A stretch of 64,000 nucleotides of DNA from Malacoraja senta (taxonomy: Eukaryota): positions 17,300,001 through 17,364,000 of the forward strand of contig CM075987.1 of NCBI GenBank assembly GCA_038087875.1, written 5' to 3'. The number at the start of each line of letters is the position of its first letter. Position 1 is the stretch's first letter. The position numbers were made by a program, and so were the translations under genes. Shown one piece after another: positions 48,875-63,200 of this stretch. The notes below the pieces were generated by a model. It was given only the letters and a program-made list of their open reading frames with translations. It was not told where the DNA came from and did no database searches.

Positions 48875-51808
48875 CTAAGGAAATAGAAGAAACAATAAAT
48901 ACATTAAAGAATGGAAAAACACCAGGACCAGATGGTTTTAGTAATGAATTTTATAAAAGATTCTATGAGATAATTACACCACGGTTACATAAAATGTATA
49001 TATATGCTTTTAAAGAACATACATTTCCAGAAACATTAGCGGAATCAATGATTACACTTATACCTAAAAAAGGTAAAGATTTCGAAGATCCGGGTTCTTA
49101 TAGAGCTATTGCGTTGTTAAATACAGATCAAAAAATATTAGCGAAAACATTAGCTAGAAGATTAAGTAACGATGTTAGTAAATTAATAAATCCGGATCAA
49201 ACAAGGTTTATACCCAAGAGATATTCATGCAATAATCTGAGACGTCTGTTTAATATAATGCACTCACATAAAACCGAAGAACAAGATTTATCAATTATTT
49301 CACTGGATGCAGAAAAGGCATTTGATCAAGTGGAATGGGATTACATTGTCAAAGTATTGCAAACATTTCAAATGGGAGAGAATTTTATCGCTTGGGTAAA
49401 ATTATTATATGATAGGCCTACAGCCAGAATATTAACTAATAACATTTTGTCCCCGAAATTTCAATTATCAAGGGGAAATAGACAGGGATGTTCATTATCA
49501 CCTCTGCTATTTGCCCTTGTAATAGAACCGTTAGCGGAAAGTATTAGAATACATCCGAATATTCATGGGTATAATACAAAATACTCAAATAATAAGATAT
49601 CATTATACACAGATGATGTACTACTATATATCACAAAATCACAAATCAGTGTACCAAATATATTAAATTTAATAGAGGAATTTGGATCCTTTTCAGGATA
49701 TAGAATAAATTGGAATAAAAGTGAAATTATGACGATTAAACATCAAGGCCCAACACACCTGTTAAAATTCCCTTTTAAAATCGCTTCAGAAAGATTTAAA
49801 TATTTGGGAATTGAAATTACCAGAAAATATAAATCTTTATTTAATGCAAACTATATGCCCTTACTCAATAAATTAAACATACTGATTAAATTCTGGAAAA
49901 CTCTTCCGATGTCTCTTAAATGCTATAAAAATGATATTTGTACCACAAATTTACCGATATATTTACCAATTTTTTTTTTTTTAATTGGATGCTGACATTA
50001 CAAACTTTATATGGGACTATAAATCCCACAGAATCCAAAGAAAACATTTGTGTAAACCTAAAGAATCTGGCGGATTATCACTCCCTAATTTTTTATATTA
50101 TGACTGGGCCACAAAGGTCAAAAATATGATTCACCTGTTGGACAATTTGGCCCAGCAGGTGGATTGGATAGCAATGGAGAGAGAGGATTGTTCCCCTTTT
50201 AAAACAGGAGCGACCCTTCTCTCACCAACAAAAATGAAGAATACAATATACAGTAAAAATCCAATTATTCATAGTACAATTAGAATTTGGAAACAAATAA
50301 AATTAACTTTAAAATTAAGAAATCTATCACTTTTCTCACCTATAATGAATAACCCTTCGTTTAAACCTTCTATGATAGATAAATCTTTTACAAATTGGGA
50401 TAGAGTAAGAATTAAAACGTTTGGAGATATGTATGATAATGGAAGTTTTTTTTTAACATTTCACCAACTACAACTTAAATACAACTTGAGTAGTAATCAA
50501 TATTTTAAATACTTTCAAATACGTGACTATTTGAAAAAATATACACGACAATATAAAAATATGTCTCCTGACCTATTAGATGAGATAATGAATATAAAAG
50601 CGGAATCAGCTAATTTAATACCTGTATAATTCCATTTTAAACATAGAAATTCCATCATCTGATGGGATTAGAAGAGAATGGGAACAGGAATTAGCTATAA
50701 AAATCTCGAAAGAGAGTTGGGATAAACACCTGTTATATGTGCATAAATGCTCGATTAACGTAAGACATACTCTAATTCAATTTAAAATTTTACATAGATT
50801 ATACTAATCGAAAGTTAAATTAAGTAAATTTTACCCAAATACCTCTTCTATCTGTGATAAATGCTTAACTCAAGAAGCAACTATAGCACATTCTTTTGTT
50901 TTTTGTATAAAAATCCAAAAATTTTGGAATTAAATTTTTGAAATTTTCACTAAATTATTTAAAATAAAACTGAAACCGAATGCAGAACTGATTATTTTTG
51001 GAACAATAGAAGCAAGTTTGGAGCTGACTTCGTTTCAAAGGAGTTTTCTTAATTATGGCTTAATAACGGCAAAAAAACTTGTACTGAAATTTTGGAAAAA
51101 TGCTCCCACGCCAACGACAAAAATGTGGATTTCTAATATGTCAGAACTGTTACACCTAGAAGATATGAGATTCCTCTTAGCAGGTAAACCAGACCAATTC
51201 CAAAAGATCTGGTCTCCATTTATCGACTTATTACAAACATAGAGTGCAACAAAATGTTGATAATAAATGGTTTCAGGACCTGGCGAGGGGTGAGTAAAGA
51301 TATGAAGTAATTACATCCCTTTCATATTGTCCAACCTTATCTTATGTTTTCTTTTTTCTTTTTCCTCCTTTTGGTTTTTCTCTTTTTTAAACTATTTCTT
51401 GTGGTTTAGGTCCATATGGGTGTTCCTGGACCACTCTTTCAATCACTCACTCACTATCTTTACTAACTCTTTCCAACCTTTTCTCTTATTAAAGTTTAAA
51501 ATAAGAAGTGGTACAAGAAAAGTATAAACTTACGTTATTGCAGATTACTGTAATGTACAATACTTCTAATAAAATAAAAAATAATAACAAAAATAAAAAA
51601 CAAGAGGAGTTGAATATAGGAGCAAAGAGCTCCTTTGCAGTTGTACATGGCCCAAGTGAGACCACACCTGGAGTATTGTGATTATTAAGGGATTGGACAC
51701 GCTAAAGGCAGGAAACATGTTCCCGATGTTGGGGGAGTCCAGAACCAGGGGCCAAAGTTTAAGAATAACGGGTAAGCCATTTAGAACGGATGGACTGGGC
51801 AGTGTTTA

Positions 51809-53982
51809 ACCATATAACCATATAATTACAGCACAGAAACAGGCCATCTCGGCCCTTCTAGTCCGTGCCGAACACTTACTCTCACCTAGTCCCATCTACC
51901 TGCACTCAGATAATAACCCTCCATTCCTTTCCCGTCCATATACCTATCCAATTTATTTTTAAATTATAAAATCGAACCTGCCTCCACCACTTCCACTGGA
52001 AGCTCATTCCATGCAGCTACCACTCTCTGAGTAAAGAAGTTCCCCCTCATGTTACCCCTAAACATTTGTCCCTTAATTCTCAAATCATGTCCTCTTGTTT
52101 GAATCTTCCCTACTCTCAATGGAAAAAGCTTATCCACGTCAACTCTGTCTATCCCTCTCATAATTTTAAAGACCTCTATCAAGTCCCCCCTTAACCTTCT
52201 GCGCTCCAAAGAATAAAGACCTAACCTGTTCAACCTTTCTCTGTAACTTAGGTGCTGAAACCCAGGGAACATTCTAGTAAATCTCCTCTGTACTCTCTCT
52301 ATTTTGTTGACATCTTTCCTATAATTTGGCAACCAGAATTGTACACCATATTGCAGAATTGGCCTCACCAATGCCTTGTACAATTTTAACATTACATCCC
52401 AATTTCTATACTCAATGCTTTGATTTATAAAGACCAGCACACCAAAAGCTTTCTTTACCACCCTATCTACATGAGATTCCACCTTCAGGGAACTATGCAC
52501 AGTTATTCCTAGATCCCTCTGTTCTACTGCATTCCTCAATTCGCCACCATTTACCATGTACGTCCTATTTTGATTTGTCCTACCAAGATGCAGCACCTCA
52601 CACTTATCAGAATTAAACTCCATCTGCCATCTTTCAGCCCACTCTTCCAAATGGCCTAAATCTCTCTGTAGACTTTGAAAATCTACTTCTTTATCCACAA
52701 CACCACCTATCTTAGTATCATCTGCATACTTACTAATCCAATTTACCACACCATCATCCAGATCATTGATGTATATGACAAACAACAGTGGACCCAACAC
52801 AGAACCCTGAGGCACCCCACTAGTCACCGGCCTCCAACCTGACAAACAGTTATCCACCATTACTCTCTGGTATCTCCCATTCAGCCACTGTTGAATCCAT
52901 CATGCTACTCCACTATTAATACCCAACAATTGAATCTTCTTAACCAACCTTCCATGTGGAACCTTGTCAAAGGCCTTACTTAAGTCCATATAGACAACAT
53001 CCACCGCTTTACCCTCATCAATTTCCCTAGAAACCTCTTCAAAAAATTCAAGAAGGTTAGTCAAACATGACCTTCCAGGCACAAATCCATGTTGACTGTT
53101 CCTAATCAGACCCTGTTTATCCAGATGATTATATATATTATCTCTAAGTATCCTTTCCATTAATTTGCCCACCACTGACGTCAAACTAACAGGTCTATAA
53201 TTGCTAGGTTTACTCTTAGAACCCTTTTTAAACAATGGAACGACATGCGCAATACGCCAATCCTCCGGCACCATTCCCGTTTCTAATGACATTTGAAATA
53301 TTTCTGTCATAGCCCCTGCTATTTCTACACTAACTTCCCTCAATGTCCTAGGGAATATCCTGTCAGGACCTGGAGACTTATCCACTTTTATATTTTTCAA
53401 AAGTGTCAGTACTTCCTCTTCTTTGATCCTCATAGTTTCCATAGCTACCCTACTTGTTTCCCTTTCCTCACATAATTCAATATCCTTCTCCTTGGTGAAT
53501 ACCGAAGAAAAGAAATTGTTCAATATCTCCCCCATCTCTTTTGGCTCTGCACATAGCTGTTCACTCTGACTCTCTAATGGACCAATTTTATCCCTCGTTA
53601 TCCTTTTGCTATTAATATAGCTGTAGAAACCCTTTGGATTTACTTTCACCTTACTTGAAAAGCAACCACATATCTTCTTTTAGCTTTTCTAATTTCTTTC
53701 TTAAGATTCTTTTTACATTCTTTGTACTCTTCAAGCACCTCATTTACTCCATGCTGCCTATATTTATTGTAGATCTCTCTCTTTTTCCGAATCATGTGTC
53801 CAATTTCCCTTGAAAACTATGGCTCTTTCCAATTATTACTCTTTCCTTTCAACCGAACAGGGACATAAAGATTCTGTACTTAAAATTTCACCTTTAAATG
53901 TCCTCCATTTCTCTACTACATCATTCCCATAAAACAAGTTTACTTCCCATAACTATTTCTCTACTACATCCTTCCCATAAAA
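51809..53982 (-). mobile_element. CR1 LINE (second family), inserted in a small Rex1 fragment (51790-51808 + 53983-54048)
   Basis: ORFs 52900-53649 and 51964-52860 (KSPGPD, GVPQG, KYADD); (ATATGGTT)n tail. The flanks join to match 12460-12540. Confidence 0.9.
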
Positions 53983-54048
53983 CAGTTTACTACTTTTTGT
54001 AGTCTTCTCCGCTCCAGGGTGCTCAAGTTTCCGAACCAAGCCACGATG

Positions 54049-56960
54049 CGGCACAAATGATATAGGTGGGATGACAAAGGAGGTTCTGCAACATGAGTTT
54101 AGGGAATTAGGTAAAAGGTCAAAAAGCAGGACTTCCAAGATAGTTATCTCTGGTTTGCTTCCAGTACCTCGTGCTGGTGATGGTAAGAACAGAATGGTAG
54201 GTGAGATGAATGTGTGGCTGAGGAGTTGGTGCAGGGGGCAGGAATTTAGATTTCTGGAACATTGTGATCTCTTCTGGGGCAGGGGTGACCTGTACAAAAG
54301 ATACGGGTTGCACCTTAAATGGCGGGGTACCGACATCCTGGCAGATCAGTTCGCTAGTGCTACACGGGTGGGTTTAAACTAGATTGGCAGGGGGGTGGGA
54401 TCTCACAGAGGCACGTGAGAGGTTAGTCGTTGGTATAGAGGGTGGTGAGAGAAAGGTTAGAGGACAGAATATGCAGGTGAAAGGTGGAGAGAAAGGAAGG
54501 AAGTTTGGTTTCAACAACACGCATTTTAACGCAAGAGACCTGACAGGTAAGGCAGATGAACTTAGGGCATGGATAGGTACGAGTGACTGGGACATAGCCA
54601 TGACTGAATCCTGGTAAAGAGAGGGGCAGGACTGGCAGCTCAATATTTCGGGGTACAAGTGCTTCAGTAAGGATGGGTGATGGTGACAGAGATGGGGGGG
54701 TTGCATTGTTGGTTACGGAGGATGTCACGACTGTGTTCAGAGGTGACATTACAAACGGTTTGTCTAATGAAGCTATGTGGGTGGAGCTGAGGAACAAGAA
54801 AGGGATGATCACCTTGTTGAGGGCCCCCAAATAGTCAACGGGAATTAGAAGAACAAATATGCCAGGAGATTAGACAGCTGCGGGTCAAATAAGGTTGCTG
54901 TAGTTGGGGATTTTAACGTTCCCAATATACTGGGAAAATCATAGCGTGAAGGGTTTAGATGGAGTGCAATTTCTCAAAGGTGGTCAGGAGAGGTTTCTAC
55001 AGCAATATATAGAGGCCCCCACATGTGGGAGAGCAAGACCTGATCTAGCCTTGGGAAAACTGGGAAGGGCAAGTGAATGAAGTGTTCGTGGAGGAGCCAT
55101 TTGGGACCAATGACCACAGTTCGATTAGGTTTAAGTTAGTTATGGATCGGGACGGAGAGGGCCCGCGTGTTAAAATGCTCAATTGGGGTAAGACCAACGG
55201 TATGATAGACTTTTCAGCAAAGCATCCAACAAGGCTCCACATGGTGGGCTGCTCTGGAAGCTTGGATTGCATTGGATCCAAGGACAGATAGTTCAATGGA
55301 TAGAAAATTAGCTTCATGGAAGAAAGCAGAGGGTGATGGTGGAAGGTTGCTTCTCAGACTGGAGGCCTGTGTGTGTGCCTCAAGGTTCAGTGCTGGGCCC
55401 GTTAGTGTTTGTCATCTATATCAATTATTTGGATGAGAATATACAGGGCATGATTAGCAAGTTTGCTGATGATACAAAAGTGAGTGGTTTTGCAGATAGT
55501 AAAGATGTCTGTGAAAAATTACAGCAGGATCTGGATCGATTGGCCAGGTGGGCGGAGGAATGGTTGATGGAATTTATTTATTTATTTTTATTTAATTTAT
55601 TTATTTATTTTTATATTTTTATTAGAAGCATATACATTTCATAATCAAAACACATTTTGTATATCAATTACATATTGTTAATAGATGGGATTCCAACTAT
55701 CAAAGTAATAGGTGTCCTCATTTATCAATTATCAATTGTATGTTAACTCTGCCTCTATTTGTTTATTTTTTTTTATAGATAGGGAGAGAGAAGAAAAAAA
55801 AACACGATAAAAAAGAATAGAATAATAGAATAATTTACCAATAATACAAGTTTGGAGATAGGTCCGTAGATTATAAAACATAACTATTCATCTAATCCTG
55901 GGTTCAAGCTTCAGTCAGGCTTCCGTGCCAGACCAATTTACCCTTTCAAAAAATCAATAACTGGAGACCATATATGATGGAATTTAATGCAGCATAGTGT
56001 GAGGTGTTGCATTTTGGGATGTCGAATAAGGGCAAGACCTACACAGTAAATGGTAGGCCTTTGGGCAGTGTTGTAGAGCAGAGGGAACTAGGAGGCAGGT
56101 GCAAGGTTCCATGAAAGTGAAGTCGCAGGTTGATAAGGTGGTCTAAAAGGCTTTTGCCACTTTGGTCTTCATCAGTCAGAATATTGAGTATAGAAGTTGG
56201 GAGGTCATGTTGCAGCTTGGTGAGACCGCATTTAGTATATTGAGTTCAGTTCTAGGCACCATGTTATAGGAAAGATATTGTCAAGCTGGAAAGAGTACAG
56301 ATAAGATTTACGAGGTTGTTACCAGGGCTAGATGGTCTGAGCTATAGGGAGAGGTTGAGCAGGCTGGGTCTCTATTCCTTGGAGTGCAGGAGGTTGAGTA
56401 TAATGTTGTTGAAGTGTATAACATCATGAGAGAATTAGATTGGGTAGATGCACAGAGTGTCTTGCCCAGAGTAGGAGAATCGAGGACCAGAGGACAAAGG
56501 TTCAAGGTGAAGGGGAAATGATTTACCAGAATGATGCTTGGATTAGGCAGTAATAACTACAGGGGAGACTAATAGAAGAATATAAAATTAAGCAAGTGTT
56601 CGATAGGATAGACAGTCGGAACCTTTTTCCCAGTATAGCAATATCAAATACCAGAGTGCATGGCTTTAAAGTGAGGGGCTAAGTTTTATTTTACACAGGG
56701 ACTGGTGAGTGCCGGCAACGCATTGCCGGGGTGGTGGTGATGGAGGCAGATAAGAAAATGGCATTTAAATGCCTTCTGGATAAGCCTATCCAAATAGACT
56801 TGTAATTACCATGATTGTATTGGCCTTAACCACCACCCCTGGATATGCAGGGAATGTTAATGGATTATACTTATATGCAGGCAGATAAGAGTTTGGCGGC
56901 ATCATGTATGCCACTGACATGGTAGGCCAAAGGGTCTGTTCCTGTGCGGTACTGTTCTAT
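54049..56960 (+). mobile_element. Older degenerate CR1 sequence (esterase-APE-RT-tail pieces)
   Basis: [19 protein letters not shown] and KFADDTK motifs with many stops. Tail ends GTACTGTTCTAT at 56960. Confidence 0.8.
55577..55974 (-). mobile_element. L1 3' end fragment
   Basis: IWSPVIDFLKG* followed by a 3'UTR and (TAAA)n tail. TSD TGATGGAATTTA at 55565-55576 and 55975-55986. Confidence 0.8.
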
Positions 56961-56961
56961 A

Positions 56962-57295
56962 TCTATATTACTAAAATTAAGATCTTGACCGCTTTCGACT
57001 TTCTGTTTCGTGATTTCCGAGAGAACGCCATCACGTATGGCCGTCATTTTTGGCCACCTTGCTCAGTCCCCCTCCGCCCGATTGAGCTGGAGGATTTTAT
57101 TATTAGTAATTAATGTTTTAAAAAATGTCGCCATTCTCTCTGCTGCCCCCGCTGGCGGCAGGGGGGAGGGACAATAAAATCCGGAAGTGCTGTGCCTCAA
57201 TCAGTCTCTGCGAGATGGAGGAAGCGAGAGGGTCACGGCTCTCTGAGCTGCGAATAACAATGAACGCACGTCTACTCCACGGGGAGTCCCCTTGA
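56962..57295 (+). mobile_element. Helitron-like 5' end leading into the satellite
   Basis: A|TCTATATTACTAAAA start directly after a completed CR1 tail. The 3' end is not in the window. Confidence 0.55.
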
Positions 57296-60200
57296 TGTGG
57301 TTGCAAAGTGTTTGCCAAATTGTCTTGGCTTTTAAAGACTTTTCAGAAAATGTGTTTGTTGATTGCAAAGTGTTTGCCAAATTAGCTTGGCTTTTAAAGA
57401 CTTCAGAAAATGTGTTGGTTGCTTGCAAAGTGATTGACAAATTGGCTTGGCTTTTAAAGAATCTTCAGAAAATGTGTGGGTTGCTTGCAAAGCGTTTGGC
57501 AAGTTCGCTTGGCTTTTAAAGACTCTTCAGAAAATGCATTGGTTGCTTGCAAAGTTTTTGCCAAGTTGGCTTGGCTTTTAAAGACTCTTCAGTAAATGTG
57601 TTGGTTGCTTGCAAAGTGTTAACCAAGTTGGCTTTTAAAGACCATTCAGAAAATATCTTGATTGCTTGCAAAGCGTTTGCCAAGTCGGCTTGGCTTTTAA
57701 AGACTCTTCAGAAAATGTGTTGGTTGCTTGCAAAGCGTTTGCTAAGTTGGCTTGGCTTTTAAAGACTCTTCAGAAATGTGTTGGTTGCTTGCAAAGCGTT
57801 TGACAACTTGGCTTGGCTTTTAAAGACTCTTCAGAAAATGTGTTGGTTGCTTGCAAAGTGTTTTCCAAGTTGGCTTGGCTTTTAAAGACTTCAGAAAATG
57901 TTTTGTTTGCTTGCAAAGTGTTTGCCAAGTTGGCTTGGCTTTTAAAGATTCTTTAGAAAACGGGTTGGTTGCTTGCAAAGCGTTTGCCAAGTTGGCTTGG
58001 CGTTTAAAGACTTCAGAAAACGTGTTGGTTGCTTGCAAAGCGTTTGCCAAGTTGGCTTGGCTTTTAAAGACTCTTCAGAAAATGTGTTGGTTGCTTGCAA
58101 AGCGTTTGCCAAGTTGGCTTAGCTTTTAAAGACTCTTCAGAAAATCTGTTGGTTGCATGCAAAGTGTTTGCCAAGTTGGCTTGGCTTTTAAAGACTATAG
58201 AAAATGTGTTGGTTGCTGGCAAGGTGTTTGCCAAGTTGGCTTGGCTTTTAAAGACTTCAGAAAATGTGTTGGTTGCTTGAAAAGTGTTTGCCAAGTTGGC
58301 TTGGCTTTTAAAGACTCTTCAGAATATGTGTTGGTTGCTTGCAAAGTGTTTGCCAAGTTCCCATGGCTTTTAAAGACTTCAGAAAATGTGTTGGTTGCTT
58401 GGAAAGCGTTTGCGAAGTCGGCTTGGCTTTTAAAGACTCTTCAGAAAATGTGGTGGTTGCTTGCAAAGCGTTTGCCAAGTTGGCTTAGCTTTTAAAGACT
58501 CTTGAGAACATGTGTTGGTTACTTGCAAAGCGTTCGCGAAGTCGGCTTGGCTTTTAAAGACTCTTCAGAAAGTGTGGTGGTTGCTTGTAAAGCGTTTGCA
58601 AAGTTGGCTTGACTTTTTAAAGACTTCAGAAAATGTGTTGGTTGCTTGCAAAGCATTTGGCAAGTTCGCTTGGCTTTTAAAGCCTCTTCAGAACATGTGT
58701 TGGATGCTTGCAAAGCTTTTGCCAAGTCGGCTTGGCTTTTAAAGACTTCAGAAAATGTGTTGGTTGCTTGCAAAGCGTTTGCCAACTTGGCTTGGCTTTT
58801 CAAGACTCTTCAGAAATTGTGTTGGTTGCTTGCAAAGTGTTTTCCAAGTTGGCTTGGCTTTTAAAGATTCTTTAGAAAACGGGTTGGTTGCTTGCAAAGC
58901 GTTTGCCAAGTTGGCTTGGCTTTTAAAGACATCAGAAAACGTGTTGGTTGCCTGCAAAGCGTTTGCCAAGTTGGCTTGGCTTTTAAAGACTCTTCAGAAA
59001 ATGTGTTGGTTGCTTGCAAAGCGTTTGCCAAGTTGGTTTGGCTTTTAAAGACTCTTCAGAAAATGTGTTGGTTGCTTGCAAAGCGTTTGGCAAGTTGGCT
59101 TGCCTTTTAAAGACTCTTCAGAAAATGTGTTGGTTGCTTGCAAATTGTTTGGCAAGTTGGCTTGGCTTTTAAACACTTCAGAAAACGTGTTGGTTGCTTG
59201 GAAAGTGTTTTCCAAATTGGCTTGGCTTTTAAAGACTTCAGAAAACGTGTTCGTTGCTTGCAAAGCGTTTGCCACGTTGGCTTGTCTTTTAACGACTCTT
59301 CAGAAAATTTGTTAGTTGCTTCCAAAGTGTTTGCCAAAATGGCTTGGCTTTTAAAGACTTCAGAAAATGGGTTGGTTGCTTGCAAAGTGTTTGCCAAGTT
59401 GGCTTGGATTTTAAATGCTCTTCAGAAAATGTGTTGGTTGCTTGCAAAGTGTTTGCCAGATTGGCTTGGCTTTTAAAGACTTCAGAAAATGGGTTGGTTG
59501 TTTGCAAAGTATTTGCCAAGTTGGCTTGGCTTTTAAAGACTCTTCAGAAAATGTGTTGGTTGCTTGCAACTGTTTGCCAAGTTGGCTTGGCTTTTAAAGA
59601 CTCTTCAGTAAATGTGTTGGTTGTATGCAAAGTGTTTGCCAAGTTGGCTTGGCTTTTAAAGACTTCAGAAAATGTGTTGGTTGCTTGCAAAGCGCTTGGC
59701 AAGTTGGCGTGGCTTTTAAAGACTCTTCAGAAAATGTGTTCGTGGCTTGGAATGCGTTTGGCAAGTTGGCTTGGCTTTTAAAGACTCTTCAGAAAATGTG
59801 TTGGTTGCTTGTAAAGCGTTTGCCAAGTTGGCTTGGCTTTTAAAGACTTCAGAAAATGTGTTGGTTGCTTGCTTGCAAAACGTTTGCCAAGTTGGCTTGG
59901 CTTTAAAAGACTCTTCAGTAAATGTGTTGGTTGCTTGCAAAGTGTTTGCCAAGTTGGCTTGGCATTTAAAGACTCTTCAGAAAATGTGTTGGTTGCTTGC
60001 AAAGTGTTTGCCAAGTTGGCTTGGCTTTATAAGACTTTTCAGAAAATGTGTTGGTTGCTTGCAAAGTGTTTGCCAAGTTGGCTTGGCTTTTAAAGACTCT
60101 TCAGAAAACGGGTTGGTTGCTTGGAAAGTGTTTTCCAAATTGGCTTGGCTTTTAAAGACTTCAGAAAACGTGTTCGTTGCTTGCAAAGCGTTTGCCATGT

Positions 60201-63200
60201 TGGCTTGTCTTTTAACGACTCTTCAGAAAATTTGTTAGTTGCTTCCAAAGTGTTTGCCAAATTGGCTTGGCTTTTAAAGACTTCAGAAAATCGGTTGGTT
60301 GTTTGCAAAGTATTTGCCAAGTTGGCTTGGCTTTTAAAGACTCTTCAGTAAATGTGTTGGTTGCATGCGAAGTGTTTGCCAAGTTGGCTTGGCTTTTAAA
60401 GACTTCAGAAAATGTGTTGGTTGCTTGCAAAGCGTTTGGCAAGTTGGCTTGGCTTTTAAAGACTCTTCAGAAAATGTGTTGGTTGCTTCCAAAGTGTTTG
60501 CCATATTGGCTTCGCTTTTAAAGACTTCAGAAAATGGGTTGGCTGCTTGCAAAGTGTTTGCCAAGTTGGCTTGGCTTTTAAAGACTTTTCAGAAAATGTG
60601 TTGGTTGCTTGCAAAGTGTTTCCCAAGTTGGCTTGGTTTTAAAGACTTCAGAAAATGTGTTGGATGCTTGAAAAGTGTTTGCCAAGTTGGCTTGGGTTTT
60701 AAAGACTCTTCAGAAAACGGGTTGGTTGCTTGGAAAGTGTTTTCCAAATTGGCTAGTCTTTTAAAGATTTCAGAAAACGTGTTCGTTGCTTGCAAAGCGT
60801 TTGCCATGTTGGCTTGGCTTTCAAAGACTCTTCAGAAAATGTGTTAGTTGCTTCCAAAGTGTTCGCCAAATTGGCTTGGCTTTTAAAGACTTCAGAAAAT
60901 GGGTTGATTGCTTGGAAAGTGTTTGCCAAGTTGGCTTGGATTTTAAAGACTCTTCAGAAAATGTGTTGGTTGCTTGCAAAGCGTTTGGCAAGTTGGCTTG
61001 GCTTTTAAAGACTCTTCAGAAAATGTGTTCGTTGCTTGGAAAGCGTTTGGCAAGTTGGCTTGGCTTTTAAAGACTCTTCAGAAAATGTGTTGGTTGCTTG
61101 CAAAGCGTTTCCCAAGTCGGCTTGGCTTTTAAAGACTTCAGAAAATGTGTTGGTTGCTTGCTTGCAAAACGTTTGCCAAGTTGGCTTGGCTTTTAAAGAC
61201 TCTTCAGTAAATGTGTTGCTTGCAAAGTGTTTGCCAAGTTGGCTTGGCTTTTAAAGACTTCAGAAAATGTGTTGGTTGCTTGCAAAGTGTTTGCCAAGTT
61301 GGCTTGGCTTTTAAAGACTTTTGAGAAAATGTGTTGGTTGCTTGCAAATTGTTTGCCAAGTTGGCTTGGCTTTTAAACACTTCAGAAAACGTGTTGGTTG
61401 CTTGGAAAGTGTTTTCCAAATTGGCTTGGCTTTTAAAGACTTCAGAAAATGGGTTGGTTGCTTGCAAAGTGTTTGCCAAGTTGGCTTGGATTTTAAAGAC
61501 TCTTCAGAAAATGTGTTGGTTGCTTGCAAAGTGTTTGCCAGATTGGTTTGGCTTTTAAAGACTTCAGAAAATGGGTTGGTTGTTTGCAAAGTATTTGCCA
61601 AGTTGGCTTGGCTTTTAAAGACTCTTCAGAAAATGTGTTGGTTGCTTGCAACTGTTTGCCAAGTTGGCTTGGCTTTTAAAGACTCTTCAGTAAAAGTGTT
61701 GGTTGTATGCAAAGTGTTTGCCAAGTTGGCTTGGCTTTTAAAGACTTCAGAAAATGTGTTGGTTGCTTGCAAAGCGTTTGGCAAGTTGGCGTGGCTTTTA
61801 AAGACTCTTCAGAAAATGTGTTCGTGGCTTGGAATGCGTTTGGCAAGTTGGCTTGGCTTTTAAAGACTCTTCAGAAAATGTGTTGGTTGCTTGCAAAGCG
61901 TTTGCCAAGTTGGCTTGGCTTTTAAAGACTTCAGAAAATGTGTTGGTTGCTTGCTTGCAAAACGTTTGCCAAGTTGGCTTGGCTTTTAAAGACTTTTCAG
62001 AAAATGTGTTGGTTGCTTGCAAAGTGTTTCCCAAGTTGGCTTGGCTTTTAAAGACTTCAGAAAATGTGTTGGTTGCATGCAAAGTGTTTGCCAAGTTGGC
62101 TTGGCTTTTAAAGACTTCAGAAAATGTGTTGGTTGCTTGCAAAGCGTTTGCCAAGTTGGCTTGTTTTTTAAAGACTTCAGAAAATGTGTTGGTTGCTTGC
62201 TTGCAAAACGTTTGCCAAGTTGGCTTGGCTTTTAAAGACTTCAGTAATTGTGTTGGTTGCTTGCAAAGTGTTTGCCAAGTTGGCTTGGCTTTTAAAGACT
62301 CTTCAGAAAATGTGTTGGTTGCTTGCAAAGTGTTTGCCAAGTTGACTTGGCTTTTAAAGACTTTTCAGAAAATGTGTTGGTTGCTTGCAAAGTGTTTCCC
62401 AAGTTGGCTTGGCTTTTAAAGACTTCAGAAAATGTGTTGGTTGCTTGCAAAGTGTTTGCCAAGTTGGCTTGGCTTTTAAACACTCTTCGGAAAACGGGTT
62501 GGTTGCTTGGAAAGTGTTTTCCAAATTGGCTTGGCTTTTAAAGACGTCAGAAAACGTGTTCGTTGCTTGCAAAGCGTTTGCCATGTTGGCTTGTCTTTTA
62601 ACGACTCTTCAGAAAATTTGTTAGTTGCTTCCAAAGTGTTTGCCAAAATGGCTTGGCTTTTAAAGACTTCAGAAAATGGGTTGGTTGCTTGCAAAGTGTT
62701 TGCCAAGTTGGCTTGGATTTTAAAGACTCTTCAGAAAATGTGTTGGTTGCTTGCAAAGTGTTTGCCATATTGGCTTGGCTTTTAAAGACTCTTCAGAAAA
62801 TGGGTTGGTTGCTTGAAAAGTGTTTGCCAAGTTGGCTTGGCTTTTAAAGACTCTTCAGTAAATGTGTTGGTTGCATGCAAAGTGTTTGCCAAGTTGGCTT
62901 GGCTTTTAAAGACTCTTCAGAAAATGTGTTCGTGGCTTGCAAAGCGTTTGGCAAGTTGGCTTGGCTTTTAAAGACTCTTCAGAAAATGTGTTGGTTGCTT
63001 GCAAAGCGTTTGCCAAGTTGGCTTGGCTTTTAAAGACTTCAGAAAATGTGTTGGTTGCTTGCTTGCAAAACGTTTGCCAAGTTGGCTTGGCTTTTAAAGA
63101 TTCTTCAGTAATTGTGTTGGTTGCTTGCAAAGTGTTTGCCAAGTTGGCTTGGCTTTTAAAGACTCTTCAGAAAATGTGTTGGTTGCTTGCAAAGTGTTTG

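Larger units (their letters stand above)
39006..51598 (+). mobile_element. Full-length fish-type L1, inactivated; ORF1 39200-39633 + 44997-~45580, ORF2 46638-51241
   Basis: Starts GACTTCCGG. ORF1 LEARSRRQNLRIVG..AHRV..PRQIIVKF. APE SWNIRG, FLQETH, GGDFN, SDHSP. RT GPDG, SLDAEKAFD, RQGCSLSP, YTDD. Poly(A). TSD AACAAGA(A/G)GAGTTG at 38992-39005 and 51599-51612. Confidence 0.93.
35030..51790 (+). mobile_element. Host CR1 LINE in three pieces (35030-36851, 38564-39005, 51599-~51790) split by two L1 insertions
   Basis: APE (IYRPP, MGDFN) and RT motifs continue across both insertions; the TSDs are identifiable. Confidence 0.88.

Noticed and set aside
57140..57160. CTCF-like motif GCTGCCCCCGCTGGC
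   Set aside because: One base short of the core consensus spacing; unsupported.
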